Shown here piece by piece: positions 1 through 13,472 of a stretch of 64,000 bases of DNA. How positions within the stretch are numbered: position 1 is the stretch's first letter; every line of letters starts with the position of its first letter. The stretch lies in assembly GCF_009914755.1 (NCBI RefSeq), contig NC_060932.1. One strand, written 5' to 3'. Made by a program: the position numbers and the translations under genes. The notes beneath the pieces are model-generated. The model was not told where the DNA came from. It was given only the letters and a program-made list of their open reading frames with translations, and did not search any database. This DNA is from the human T2T-CHM13v2.0 reference genome, Homo sapiens.

Positions 1-2648
1 CATAAAAAGTAAAAAGTAAAAAATCAAAGCACACCACTAGAGAAAATCACTTAAGCACAAATGAAAACAGCAAGAGAGAATAAAGGAAAAAAAAAATCTA
101 CACAACAACTAAACAACATTTAAGAAAATAGCAGTAGTAAATCCTTACCTATCAATCATTACCTTAAATGTAAATAGATTAAATTCTCCAATAAAAAGAC
201 ATAGGGTGGCTGAATGGATTAAAAACAACAACAACAAGACCCAAGTACATGCTTGAATAGTAGGAAACTAAATTTAACAGCATATTAAAAAGGTCATTCA
301 TGCTGACCTGCTGGAAAGCTCTACATTCCTATGGGGTGTGGGGAGGGGGTAGGCAGGTGAGCAGGAGCAGGACAAGACAGACCACTGGTGAAAGGCTGAG
401 CAGAGCATGAGCAAGACTGACTGAATTCAGAGGGGTGGTGTGGGGAATGGATGAGACTGAGGGCAGAGGGCATGGGCAAGAGGTGGAGCAGGATGTGGGA
501 GTGACTGAGGGTGCGGGGGCAGGGCAGACCCAGGTGCGAGGTGGGGTGGGGAGAAAAAATAGAAGAAAAGATCATTCGTTCACCATAGTCGAGTGAGATT
601 TATCCCAGAAATAAGGATAGTTCAACATATGCAAATCAATCCCATTTAAAATAACTATTAAAAATGCTTAGAAATAAATTTAACCAAGGAGGTGAAAGAT
701 CTCTACCTCGACTTTCTGTGCTTCTAGAGCATGCTACACATAGAAGTCTTAGACCACTTGTGATATTGCATTTTTAACTAGTGTTTACATGTTTGCTTTG
801 CTATTAAAATTAATTTTGCTAGGGTCATGTTATTGTTGTTCTTGTTGATCTTTCCTTCCTCTATATGGTCTTGACTGAAGCAATTTCTAAAAATATGCAT
901 GTTCAGTAAAGAAATCTGGGTAAACTTTGTCTTCCAAACCAAATTGTTAGACAGAAGCAAAAAATAAAACATATTTATGTAGCCATTTTATAGTTTATAA
1001 AGCTATTCTTGCTCAATGCAATCCCTATCAAAAGCTATCCTTGCTCAATGCAATCCGTATCAAAATACCAATAACATTCTTCACAGAAATTGAAAAAATG
1101 CTAAAATTTGTATGAAATAACAAAAGACTCTGAATAGCCAAAGCAATCTCGAGTATAAAAAACAAAGCCAGAGGAATAACACTACCTGACTACAAAATAT
1201 ACTAAAAAGCCATCTAAAGAGTATGGTACTGTCATAAATGCAGAGATATATACCAATGGAACAAAATAGAGATTCCAGAAAAAAACATGCATTTACAACC
1301 AACTGATTTTCAACAAAGGTGCCTAGAACACATATTAAGAAAAGGATGGTCTCTTCACTAAACGGTGTTTGAAAAACTAGATATACACAGAAGGAAGAAT
1401 AAAATTGGATCTTTACCTCATATCATAACCTAAAGTCCATTCAAAATGGATTAAAAACTTAAATTTAAGTCATGAATCTGTAAAATTACTTGAAGAAAAT
1501 GTGGAAAATCTTTAGGACATTTGTCTGTACAATAATTTTTGGATATGAGCATAAAAGCACAAAAATGATCTAAAGCAGAAAAATGAAAAATATTTTTCAA
1601 CCAGTCATGTCCTAAGGAGTTAATTTTCCAAACACATAAAAAAAAAAACCCAAGCAACTCAATACAAGAAAACAAATAACCCAATTGAAAAATGTGCAAA
1701 GGACCTGAATAAACATTTTTTAAAGAAAACATACAAACGGCCAATAGATACATGAAAAAAATGATTAACATCACTAAACATCAGGAAAATGCAAATTAAA
1801 TACCACAATTAGATATTACTTCACATCTTTTAGAATGGCTGTTATCTAATAGATGAATGATAATGAGTGACAATGCAGAGAAAAGAGAATACTGGCACGT
1901 TGTTGGGGGGAATGTAAATTAGTACAGTAATTATTGAAATCAATATAAAGGTTCCTCAAAAAATTAAAAATAAAACTACCTTATGATCTAGAAATCCCCT
2001 ACTGGGTATATATTCAAATGAAATTAAATCAGTGTGCAGAAGAGCTATCTGCACTCCCATGTTTATTGTAGCATCATTTACAATAGCCAAGATATGAAAT
2101 CAGCTTATGTGTCCTTCAGTGGATGAATGGGTAAGGAAAACATAGTATATATATACAATGGAATACTATTCAACAATAAAAAGAAGAAACCCTGTCATGT
2201 GCAAAAACATGGATGAACCCGAAAAACATTGTGTTGTGAAATAAGCTAGTCACAGAAAAACTAATATAGCATGATCTCACTTAGACATGGAATTTAAAAA
2301 TTTGAATTCATACAAGTACAGAATGCATGGTGGTTACCAGGGCCTGGAATGGCTTATTAAATGTGAGAGAGATGTTTATCAAAGGATATGCAAATTTAGT
2401 TAGGAGGTATAAGTTTGGGATAACCATTTCACAAAATATTGACTATAGTTAATGACAATATATTATACTTTTAAAAAATGCTAACAGAGTAGATTTTAAG
2501 TGTTCTTACCATATAATGATAACCATGTAATGTAATACATATGTTAATTAGCTTGATTAAGCCATCTCACAATGTATGTATATTTCAAAATATCATATTG
2601 TACACAGTGCATATATACAATTATATTAGCAATTAGAAAATTAAAAGG
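1..2648 (+). mobile_element. Degenerate L1MA-type LINE-1 (ORF2 fragments plus 3' UTR) with internal deletions and two foreign inserts
   Basis: Endonuclease N-terminus (ACCTTAAATGTAAATAGATTAAATTCTCCAATAAAAAGACATAG, ~161-204), RT and C-terminal ORF2 segments, and an L1MA-like 3' UTR ending in an A-rich tail at ~2640. Confidence 0.9.
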
Positions 2649-3109
2649 AGGATAAATAATTTTGTTGGAATACAGAGGTGTACACAAATTACTTTGAAAA
2701 CATGAAGAATGAGGGCCTAATTCTTTCTGAGATAACTTGTAATTGTAGAAAAGGTATAAACATTCAGTAGGATTTCAGAACATAATTAAGAAATTGTTAA
2801 TTATTTAAAACAAAAGAAAGCATTGCAGACAATGAGCAAATTATATTAAAAATCAGACTTGAAAGCCCATGGTATTTTCCATATTAGTGTTAATGTGGTT
2901 AGTGCTAAATCTACTCAGAAGTGATTTGAGAAAGCCTGTGACTGTGCATTGAGACCAGCCTCTAAATGCACTTATGTGGCATTACAGTGAAGTTGGATCT
3001 AATAATGTAGGCAATGGTAATGTGTTCAAGATATTTAGTAGGTAGTTGATACCAAATCCAAATCTAGGTTAAGAAAAATTATAAATCTATGGATGCTGGA
3101 AAACATGCA

Positions 3110-4400
3110 TTTGTTTATTGATTTGCTTGTTTATACGTTCATTTCAAGAACACCTATAGACATCTCCTCTCTGCCAGGGACTGTTCTAGGTTCCTCGGGA
3201 TATAGAAAAAATACAACTCACAAACTTTCTGTTCTCAGGGATCTTTCATTCTAGTGAGAGGATAGATGTGGTTTTCAAAAGTATAGAAGAACAAAAAATA
3301 CATGTTAACCTAAAACACAGAAAAATTCTAGTCAAAAATAAGAAAAAGAATAAAATTAAGATAGTTTTAAGATAAAGAATGGCTAGATATTCCTGTAGCA
3401 AGGGAGGCTGAATATTCATGTTCTGAAAGACAAACATTTATTGAAGACCATAATACGGAGGAGCCAACCAAGCAAAGATCTTGCTAGGAAAAGGTAAGAA
3501 CAGGTTCAAAAAAACCCAAGACTGGAACATTTTGACAGTCCTGAAAATCAGCGATATGGTGTGTATTTGGAGGTTTGTCCCCTCCAAATCTCATGTTGAA
3601 ATATGATTCCCAATGTTAGATATGGGGCGTGGTGGGAGGTGATGGATCACTGGGGTGAATCCCTTATGAATGGCTTAGCACTATCCCCTTGGTCTGAGTG
3701 AGTTCTTGCTCAGTTAGTTCACACAAGATCTAGTTGTTTAAAAGAGTCTGGGACACCCCCGCCCCTTCTATTTCTTGCTCCCACTCTCACTGTATAATGC
3801 ATCTGCTCCCCATTCACCTTCTGCCTTCCTGAGGCCCTTACCAGAAGCAGATACTGGCACTATGCTTCCCATACACCCTGCAGAACCACGAGCCAATTAA
3901 ACCTCTTTTCTTTATAACTTACCTAGTTTCAGGTATTCCTTTATAGTAATGCAAACTGAGTAGCACAATCAGATAGAGCTATTTTTTCAAATGTAGCTAC
4001 AAGGTAGCAATTGAGGTTGAGAATGGAAAAAAGGAGGTCTGAGTGGTAGGTAGGTGACAGCTTATTAAATCATCATGAGTTAAAATACATGGAAAGTCAT
4101 TAAATTATTTAAGTAGAAATGTCACGTAATTGAATTTATCTATATAGAAAGGAAATTCTACTCACTATGTGATTGTGTGTGCAGAGACAGGGTAGAGGAT
4201 GAAAAGAGAAATCTAGGAAGGCTTGAAAGATTCCACAGATGCACATGGAGGTGGCCTTGGAAAGGCAGAGAATGGATGCCCAGAGCCAATATTGACACTT
4301 TGAAAGAAGTCCTAAGAAATGATAGAGAAGGCCTGGACTAAGGGTGTAATGCATAATAATGAAATGAGAAGAGTTGATGGTTATGAAAAATATATACAAG
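3110..4400 (-). mobile_element. L2 LINE relic interrupted by an MST LTR
   Basis: L2 3'-end-like motif TGCCAGGGACTGTTCTAGG...CATTCTAG at ~3170-3255, followed by purine-rich diverged L2-like sequence. Confidence 0.55.
3552..3967 (+). mobile_element. MaLR solo LTR (MSTB/MSTB1-like)
   Basis: Contains CCCCTCCAAATCTCATGTTGAA near the start and ATTAAACCTCTTTTCTTTATA near the end; 5-bp TSD ATCAG at 3547-3551 and 3968-3972. Confidence 0.9.
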
Positions 4401-4463
4401 TTAGAAAGTAAAGGATGTAATATTTAAAAATATGTATGTATATGGTGTATGTGTATATATAAA

Positions 4464-4492
4464 AACACACATACACACACACTCACACACAC
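4464..4492. repeat. Imperfect (CA)n microsatellite
   Basis: ACACACATACACACACACTCACACACAC. Confidence 0.8.
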
Positions 4493-6422
4493 GTGTCTAT
4501 TTGTAACTCTACCTTGTTTCAAAAGTGTTTTATGCAGGCAATACATATTGCTGTCATTTAAGCCAGTATTATCTCTCTATAATATTATATCCCCCAATAA
4601 TAAATTATTTATTTAGGGAAATAATTAAAATAGGAGAAATAAAAATCACTAAGAAGATGATCACATTTCTGACGCTATTTATAAAGCCAAGACACAGTGG
4701 CATGGCTAAAATATTTCAAGATCAAATTAAGTTTAATCACTTAGTATTTCTGTTTATTTTCTGTATGTGTATGTATTTGTCTACTCATATTTTTGTGTCT
4801 CTAAACTAGCTTGGCAGCATTTTCTTTTTCTAATTTTATCACCTTTGTGAAGTAGGGCAACCTGATTTTACTTCCTTAATTATATAATTGATGTTTAAAC
4901 ATTACATCGAAGTAGACAATCTATTCCATCGCAAATACAACCATTGTTTATCATTGCATTTTATAAAATGATTACTTTGCCCTAGTTCTGGTTAGAATGT
5001 CATAATCTTTATAATTTGAAGTAAAGAAAAAAGTTGGCTTAGATCTTCTTCCTTGTGTCTTTGAAGAGTTGTAATTACCTTAATTATGTGCTCCAGTGCA
5101 ATGTTAAAATGTTTTAACACTCCACTTTATCTCCTGAGGAATGTACTTAGTTTCTAAGAAGTTGCCATCTGTTTTTTATTTGAACACTCACCGTAGGTTA
5201 AAAAGCCACTTGTGTGTTCAGCGCTATCAACTTCATCCATTAAGAACTTCCTATTTCAAGGCAGACACTCAGCAAGTGACAGTAGGCGGTACAAAAGCAG
5301 GAGCCACAGTGCAGAGAAGTATCCAAATTTATACCATCTCCTCTCTCTTTACCTAAAGAACATAGACTATTTTTTAAAACTCTTTTCTTTTTCCTCTTTA
5401 ATCTTTTCATAATATCCAACAATGTATAATCATCTTTTAACTTTCCTTAGTTTCCTCCAGCTCTCTATGTTAATGTACATATATATTTATGAAGCATTGT
5501 ATAAATATTACAATCTGAGAGGAGGAATGATAATTAGTGGAATTTTAAAAAGGTTGAATGTCACAATAACATCTTGTTTGGATGTATTTAAAGCAATGTA
5601 GAAGACATCTAAATTTGACTTAAAGTTACAAAGACAGAATCAACTAGAAGTGCCAGTTTATGTCATTTACTGTATTGTAAACTTCCAATTCTCTTTAAAA
5701 GTTATTTTTAGCTTTAATTGACACATAATAATTATACATAATTGTTGAGTATACTGTGATGTTTCAATACATGTATACACTGTGTAATGATGAAGTAAAG
5801 GTAATTAGCACATATATCAGCTCAAACATTTGCCCTTCTTTGTGATGAGAACATTCCAAATCCTCTCTTTCAACTATTTTGAGACAGACAAATGGCTCTG
5901 GTCATTCTACTGTGCAATAGGATGCCAGAATTTACTCTTTACTTTCTACTTGTAACTTTGTACTCACTGATCAACCAATCCCCATCCTCCTCTCTCTTAC
6001 CTTTCCCAGTCACCTGTAACCACTGTTCTATTCACTACTTCTATGTGATCAACTTTTTAAGATTCTACATATGACTGAGAATGTGACTCATTTGTGTTTA
6101 TGTACCTGGCTTATTTCACTTAACCTAATGTCCTTCAGGCTCATTTATGTTGTCACACATGACAGGATTTCCTTTCTATGGCTGAATAGTATTCCATTGT
6201 GCATATGTGCCACATTTTCTTAACTATACATCCGTGGTTTGACACTTAAGTTGATTTCATATCTTGGCTATTGTGAATAGTACAGCAATAAGCATGAGTG
6301 CAGGTATCTCTTCTACATATTGATTTAATTTTCTTTGAATATATACCCAGTAGTAGGATTGCTGAATTACATCATAGTAATATTTTTATTTTATTTTATT
6401 TACTTTTTGAGGAACCTCTTAT

Positions 6423-8797
6423 TATATTAGGCCATTCTTGCACTGCTATAAAGAAGATTGGGTATTTTATAAAGACAAGAGGTTGAATTGGCTCACAGTT
6501 CTGCAAGCCTTACAGGAAGCATGACAGCATCTATTGGAAGCTTCTAATCATGGTGGAATGCACAGGGGGAGAAGGCATCTCACATGTCAGGAGCAGGATC
6601 AAGTGTGGGGAGGTGCTACATACTTTTAAATAACCAGATCTCACAAGAACTCCCTATCATGAAGACAGCACCAAGCCATGAGGAATCCTCCCCCATGAGC
6701 CAAACACCAGGCCCCACTTCCAGCATTGGGGATTACAACTCAACATGAGATTTGGGCAGGGACAAATATCTGAACTATATCATTTCATCCTTGGCCTCTC
6801 CCAAATCTCATGTCCATCTCACATTGCAAAATATAATCACGCCTTCCTAACAGTCTCCCAAGGTCTTAATTCATTCTAGCATTATCTCAAAAGTCCAAAG
6901 TCTCATCTGAGACAAGGCAAATCTCTTCCACCTATAAGCCTGTAAAATCAAAAAGAAGTTAGTTACTCCCAAGACACAATGGGCTATAGGCATTGGGGAA
7001 ACATTTCCATTCCAAAATGAAGAAATCAGCCAAAAGAAAGGGGCCACAGGCCCCATGTAAGTTCAAAACCCAGAAGGGCAGTCATTAAATCTTAAAGCTC
7101 CAAAATAATTTTGATTCCATGTCCCACATCCAGGGCTCACTGGTGTGATGGGTGGTATCCCAAAGCCTTGAGCAGCTCTACCTCTATGGTTTTTCAGGGT
7201 TCAGTTTCTGAGACTTCTGTCACAGAGTTTTGAGTACCTGTGGCTTTTCCAGGTGAAGGGTACGAGCTGAGTAGATCTACAATTCTCAAGTCTGAAGGGC
7301 AGTAGCTCCTTTCTCACAGCTCCACTAGGCAATGCTTCTGCCTAGTCCACTAGGAGACTCTATATAGGGGCTCCAACTCTACATTTTTCCTTGGCACTGT
7401 TCTAGTAGGGGTTCTCTGTGAGGGCTTCACCTCTTAAGCAGGCTTCTGCTTGGCCACCCAGGCTTTCTCAAACAACCTCTGGAATCTTGGAAGAGGCTGC
7501 GAAGTATTCTTCAGTCTTGCATTCTGTGCACCTAGAGGCTTAACACCACTTGGAAGTTGCCAAGGCTTATGGCTTGCATTCTCCAAAATGGCAGCCTGAG
7601 CTGCACTTGGCCCCTTTGAGCCACAACTAAAGATGGAGTGGCTGGGATGTGGGAAGCAGTGTCCCAAGGCTGCCCAGGGCAGTGGGGCTCTGGGCCTGGC
7701 CCACAAAAGCATTCAGTCGTCCAGGGCCTCAGGGTCTGTGATAGTAGGGGCTGCCATCAAGGTCTCTGAAATGTCTTCAAGGTCTTTTTTCTCATTGCCT
7801 TGGCTAGTAGCTCTAGGCTCTTTCTTAGTAATACAAATCTCTCTAGCAAGTGGTTGCTCCACAGCTTGCTTGAATTCCTCTCCTGAAAAAAGCTTTTTCT
7901 TCCTCTGCCATACGGTCAGGCCACACATTTTCTGAACTTTTATGCTCTGCTTCCCTTTTAAGTATATATTCCAACTTTAAGTCATTTCTTTGCTTCTGCA
8001 TCTTAATTAGGCTGTTAAAAGCAGCCAGGTTACTTCTTGAACACTTTGCTGATTAGAAATGTCTTCCACCAGATACCCTAATTCATCACTCTGCAGCTCA
8101 AACTTCCACAAATCCCCAGGGAAGGGACATAATCCAGCCAAATTCTTTGCTAAAGCATAACACAGGTGACCTTTGCTCTAGTTCCCAATAAGTTCCTCAT
8201 TGCCATCTAAGACTTCACTATCCGTATCACTACCAGCATTTTGGTCACAACCATTTAACCAGTTTCTAAGAGATTCCAAACTTTCTCTCATCTTTCTGTT
8301 GTCTACTGAGCCCTCCAAAGTCTTCCAGTTCCAAAGTTACCCAGTTCCAAAGTTGATTCCACATATTTTGGTATCTATATAATAATGCCCCATTCCCAGT
8401 ACCAATTTTCTGGATTAGACCATTTTTGCACAGCTATAAAGAAATACCTGAGACTGGGTAAGTTATAAAGAAAAGAGGTTTAGTTGGCTCACAGTTCTGC
8501 AGACTTCACAGGAAGCATGGCAGCATCTGCTCCAGGGGAGGCCTCAGAAAACTTATAATCATGGTGGAAACGAAATGGGGAGCAGGCACCCCACAAGGCA
8601 CGAGCAGGAGCAATGGAGGGAGGTGCCACATGCTTTTAAATGACCAGATCACACAAGAACTCACTATCATAAAGACAACACCAAGCCATGAGGAATCTGC
8701 CCCCATGATTCAAACACCTCATCAGGCCCCATCACCAGCATTGGGGATTACAATTCCATATGAGATTTGGGAAGGGACAAGTATCCAAACTCCGTCA
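6423..8797 (-). mobile_element. Full-length MaLR provirus (MSTA-like LTR-int-LTR)
   Basis: LTRs at ~6423-6782 and 8411-8797; internal region 6783-8410 begins GAAAATTGGTAC on the minus strand; host L1 reads through as GAGGAACCTC...CCTCCATACT. Confidence 0.92.
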
Positions 8798-9635
8798 CCT
8801 CCATACTTTTATTCATAATCACTGTACTAATTTACATTCCCACCAACAGTGTGTAAGTTTTCCCCATTCTCCACATCCTCCCCAACACTTATTATCTAGC
8901 ATTTTTATAACAGCCATTCTAACAATAGTAAAGTGATATCTCATTGGAGTTTTAATTTACATTTCCCTGATGATTAGTGGTATTGAGCATTTTTAATATA
9001 CCTGTTGGCCATTTGTATGCCTTCTTTTGAGAAATGTCTATTCAGGCTCTTTGCTCATTTTTTTAATGAGGTTATCTTTTTATCTGTTGAGTTGTTTAAG
9101 TTTCTTATCTGTTATAGATATATATATACATATACACACACATAGTTTGCAAACATTTGCTCCCATTCTGTAGGTTGTCTCTTCACTCTCTTGATTGTTG
9201 CCTTTGCTATGCAGAAGGTTTTTAGTTTGGTGTAACATAATTTCCTAATTTTTGCTCCTGTTGTTTGTGCTTTGAGGGCTTAGCCAAAAATTCCTTGCCC
9301 AGTCCAATGTTGTGAAACATTTTCCCTGTGTTTTCTTCTAGCAGTTTCAGCGTTTGGGGTCTTACATTTATGCATTTAATCTACTTTGATTTGATTTTTG
9401 AATGTGGTAAAAATAGGGGCTCAGTTTCATTCTTCTGCATGTGGAAATCCAATTTCCCCAGCACAATTTTATTAAAGAAACTGTCCTTTTTTTTTTTTTC
9501 AATTTATATCCTTGGAACATCTGTCAAAAATCAATTGGCTGTAAATGTGTGGATTTATTTCTTGGCTGTCTATTCGGTTCTATTAGTTTCTGTTTCTGTT
9601 TTTATGTTAATATCATGCTGCTTTGGTTACCTTAG

Positions 9636-9852
9636 TGTATTAGTCAGGGTTCCCTAGAGAGACAGAACTATAGCATACATATGGGAGTTTATTAAGTATT
9701 AACTTACATGATCACCAGGTCCCATAATAGGCTGTCTGCAAGCTTGAGGAACAAGGAGGGCCAGTCCGAGTCTCAAAACTGAAGAACTTAAAAGTCCGAT
9801 GTTCAAGGGCAGGAAGTATCCAGTACAGGAGAAAGATGTAGGCTGGGAGACA
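9636..9852 (-). mobile_element. MLT2A1-like ERVL LTR, only the 3' half retained
   Basis: TGTATTAGTCAGGGTTCCCTAGAGAGACAGAACTA...GCCAGTCCGAGTCTCAAAACTGAAGAACTT...GAGAAAGATGTAGGCTGGGAG. Confidence 0.85.
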
Positions 9853-10109
9853 TAGTTTTGTAGTATGTTTTGAAGTCAGATAGTGTGGGACTTCTAGCTT
9901 TTTTTTCTTTCAAGATTGCTGTGGCTGTTCAGGTTCTTTTATTTGTCATACAAATTTGAGGATTTTCTTTTATTCCTGTGAAGATTGTCATTTATATTTA
10001 AATAGAAATTACGTTGGGTATGTATTATTACTTTGGATAATATGGACATTTTAAGAACATTAAACCCTCCAATCCAAGAACATGGAATATCTTTCCATTA
10101 ATCTGTGTC

Positions 10110-10419
<310 letters not shown>

Positions 10420-13159
10420 TTCTTTAACTTCTTTCATTGGTGTTTTACAGTTTTCCTCACAAATCTTTTGCTACCTTGGTTAGTTTATTATTAGTTACCT
10501 TAATTTTTGTAGACAAAGTAAAGGTGTAGTTTTTTTTATTCTTTTATTAGTTCACTATCAGCATATAGAAATACTACTGATTTTTGTATATTGATTTTGT
10601 ATCTTGCAAGTTTACTGTATTTGTTTATGAGTGCTACCATTTTTTTGGTGGAGTCTTTAGTGTTTTCTATATATAAGATTATGTTGGTTTGCAAAGAGGA
10701 ATAACGTGACTTCCTTCTTTCCATTTTGGATGGTTTTATTTCTTTTTCTTGCCTAATTGCTCTGATTAGAGCTTTTAGTACTATGTTAAATAGAGGCAGT
10801 GAACGTGGGCATCCTTGTCTTCTTCCACATCTCAGAGTAAAATCTTTCATTTATTCTGTGCTCAGTTTGATGTTAGCTGATGATTTGTCACATATGGCCT
10901 TTATTGTGTTGAGTGTCATACCTTCTGTATTTAATTTTTTGAGCGATGTTACATTTTGTCAGATGCTTTTTTGCATCTATTTAAATGATTTTAAAGTTTT
11001 TTGTCCATATTTCTGCTATTATAATGTATCACATTTATGGATTTGCACATGGTAAGCCATTCTTGCAGCACAGAGATTAATCCCACTTGATCACAGTGAA
11101 TGATCTTTTTAAAGTGCTTGAATTCAGAGTGCTGATATTTGTTGAGGATTTTTATATCTCTGTTCATGAAGCATATTGGTCTGCAGTTTTCTTTTTCAGG
11201 TTTTGCTTTTTTCTGGTTTTTGTATCAGGGTGATGCTGGCCTCATAGAATGAGTTTGAGAGTATAAATGTTTGATGGATTTTAGCAGACAGCCATCAAGT
11301 CCTGGGCTTTTTTTTTTAATGGGAGATTTTCCATTTCCTTATAAGTAAATCTTAGTAGATGGTATGTGTCCATACATTTATATGTTTTTTTTTCAGGATT
11401 ATCAAATTTGTTTATGTCTAAATGTATATAATGGTCTCTTATAATTCTTGTATTTCTGTGGTATAAGTTGTTATGCTTCCTTTTTTTACTTCTGATTTTA
11501 CTTGTCTTTTTTTCCTTAGTAGTCCAACTATCAGTTTTTAAATTCTATTTTGATAAAAACAACTCTTTACATTGTTGATCTTTTGTATTGTTTTTCTAGT
11601 TTTTATTTCATTATTTTTTATCTGTTCTTTATTGTTTTCTTCTTTATGTTAATTTTGGGTGTAGTTTGCTCTAGTTTATTGAAGTGCATCATTGTGTTGT
11701 TTATTAGAAACCTTACTTTTTTGATGTAGGTGTACATTGCTATTAACTTTCCTCTTGAACTATTTTTCCTTTATCCCATAAAAGATTTTGTATGTTGTGT
11801 TTTAATTTTCATTTTTCTAAAGTAATTTTTACATTTTCTTTGTAATTTATTCGTTGACCCATTGGTTGTTCAGGAACATGTTGTTTATTTCCATGTATTT
11901 TTAAATTTATGAAGATTCTCGTGTTATTGACTTCTAGCTTTATACTGTTGTGGTCAGAAAATATATTTGATATAATTTCAATCTTCTTGAATTAATGAAG
12001 ACTTTTTTTCTAGCTTAACATATAATCTATCTGGTAGAATGTCCTATATGCAGTTGAAAAAAATTTGTATGTTTCAGCTGTTGAATGCAATGTTCTATAA
12101 ATAACTGTTATGTTTATTTGACCCAGGGTAAAGTTTAAGTCTAATATTTTTGTTGTTGTTGACATTTCTGTCTAGATAATTGGTCTACTGTTACAAGTGG
12201 GATGTTGAAATCTGGTATTATGGTATTGCAGAGTATCTCTTCTTTAAATTTAATATTTGCTTTATATATTGGTGTTCTCTCATGATGGGTGCATATATGT
12301 TTAAGATTATTATATCTTCTTGCTGAATTCATGCTTTTATCATTATGCAATGTTCTTCTTTGTCTCTTTTTACAGTTTTTGATACAAAGTCTGTTTTATC
12401 TTGCATAACTATAGCTACTTCTGCTTGCTTTTCATTTCCATTTGCACAGAATATTTTTTCCTTCCCTTCACTGTCAGTCTGTATGTATCCTTTGGTTACA
12501 TAAAAATACTCTAGGCTTTTTCCATTCTGCAACATTTTATATTTTTGTTGCCTTAATTCACATCTTTATATATTGTGTGTTCCCTTACCAGTAATTTTAG
12601 CTGCTTTTTTTATCATTTTGACTTTTCACCTTCATTCTAGAGGTTTGAAAAATTTTTATTGCATCATTACATTACTGGAATATTTTGAGTTTGATTATAA
12701 ATTTAACTCTACGAGTGTTTTCTACTTGGATATATTTTCATGATAGTAACTGTCATCCTTTTATTTCCAATTATAGGACTCCTTTAAGTATTGCTGGAAT
12801 TTCTAGCAGTAATACATTTCCTCAGCTTCTACAAATCTGGAAATAAATGTATTTCTCCTTCATTTCTGAAGGATAGATTTGCTAGACATTCTTGCTTTTC
12901 TTGGCTGATTGTTTGTTTGCTTTTAGTACTTTGAATATACCATTTTATTCTCTCCTGGCCTGCAAGGTTTCAGCTGATAAATCTACTGATAGCCTAATGG
13001 GGGTTTCCTTATATGTGACTTGATGCGTTTTCTTTTTCTGATTTTAGAATTGTTTGTCGACAGTTTGATTATATTGCGTGTTGGATGTATTGGGACTTTC
13101 AAGCTTCCTGAGTTTGAATGTTCATGTATCTATAAAGACTTAAGAAGTTTCCAACACTA

Positions 13160-13472
13160 TTTTTTGTGTTCTTTTTGTTATTTTTTTGTTTTTGTTTTTT
13201 GAAGAAAGAGTCTTTCTTTTTCATCCAGGCTGGAGTACATAATTCACTGCTGCCTCAAACTCCTGGGTCCAAGGGATCTTCCCACCTCATCCTCCCAAGT
13301 AGCTGGGACTAAAAATGTACACCATTATAACCATGTAATCAAAAAAAAATTGTAGAGGCTGGGTCTCACCACCTTGCCCAGGTTAGGTGGGTAAGCACCT
13401 GGGGTCAAGTGATCCTTATGCCTCAGCCTCATAAAGTTCTAGGATTAGAGGCATGAGCCACTGAACCTGGTC
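13160..13472 (-). mobile_element. AluJ (highly diverged)
   Basis: GCCTCAAACTCCTGGGTCCAAGGGATCTTCCCACCTC; dimeric structure with T-rich tail. Confidence 0.85.

Noticed and set aside
10536-10850. Reverse-transcriptase-like ORF as an active gene
   Set aside because: Frameshifted L1 ORF2 fragment with the catalytic FADD motif lost
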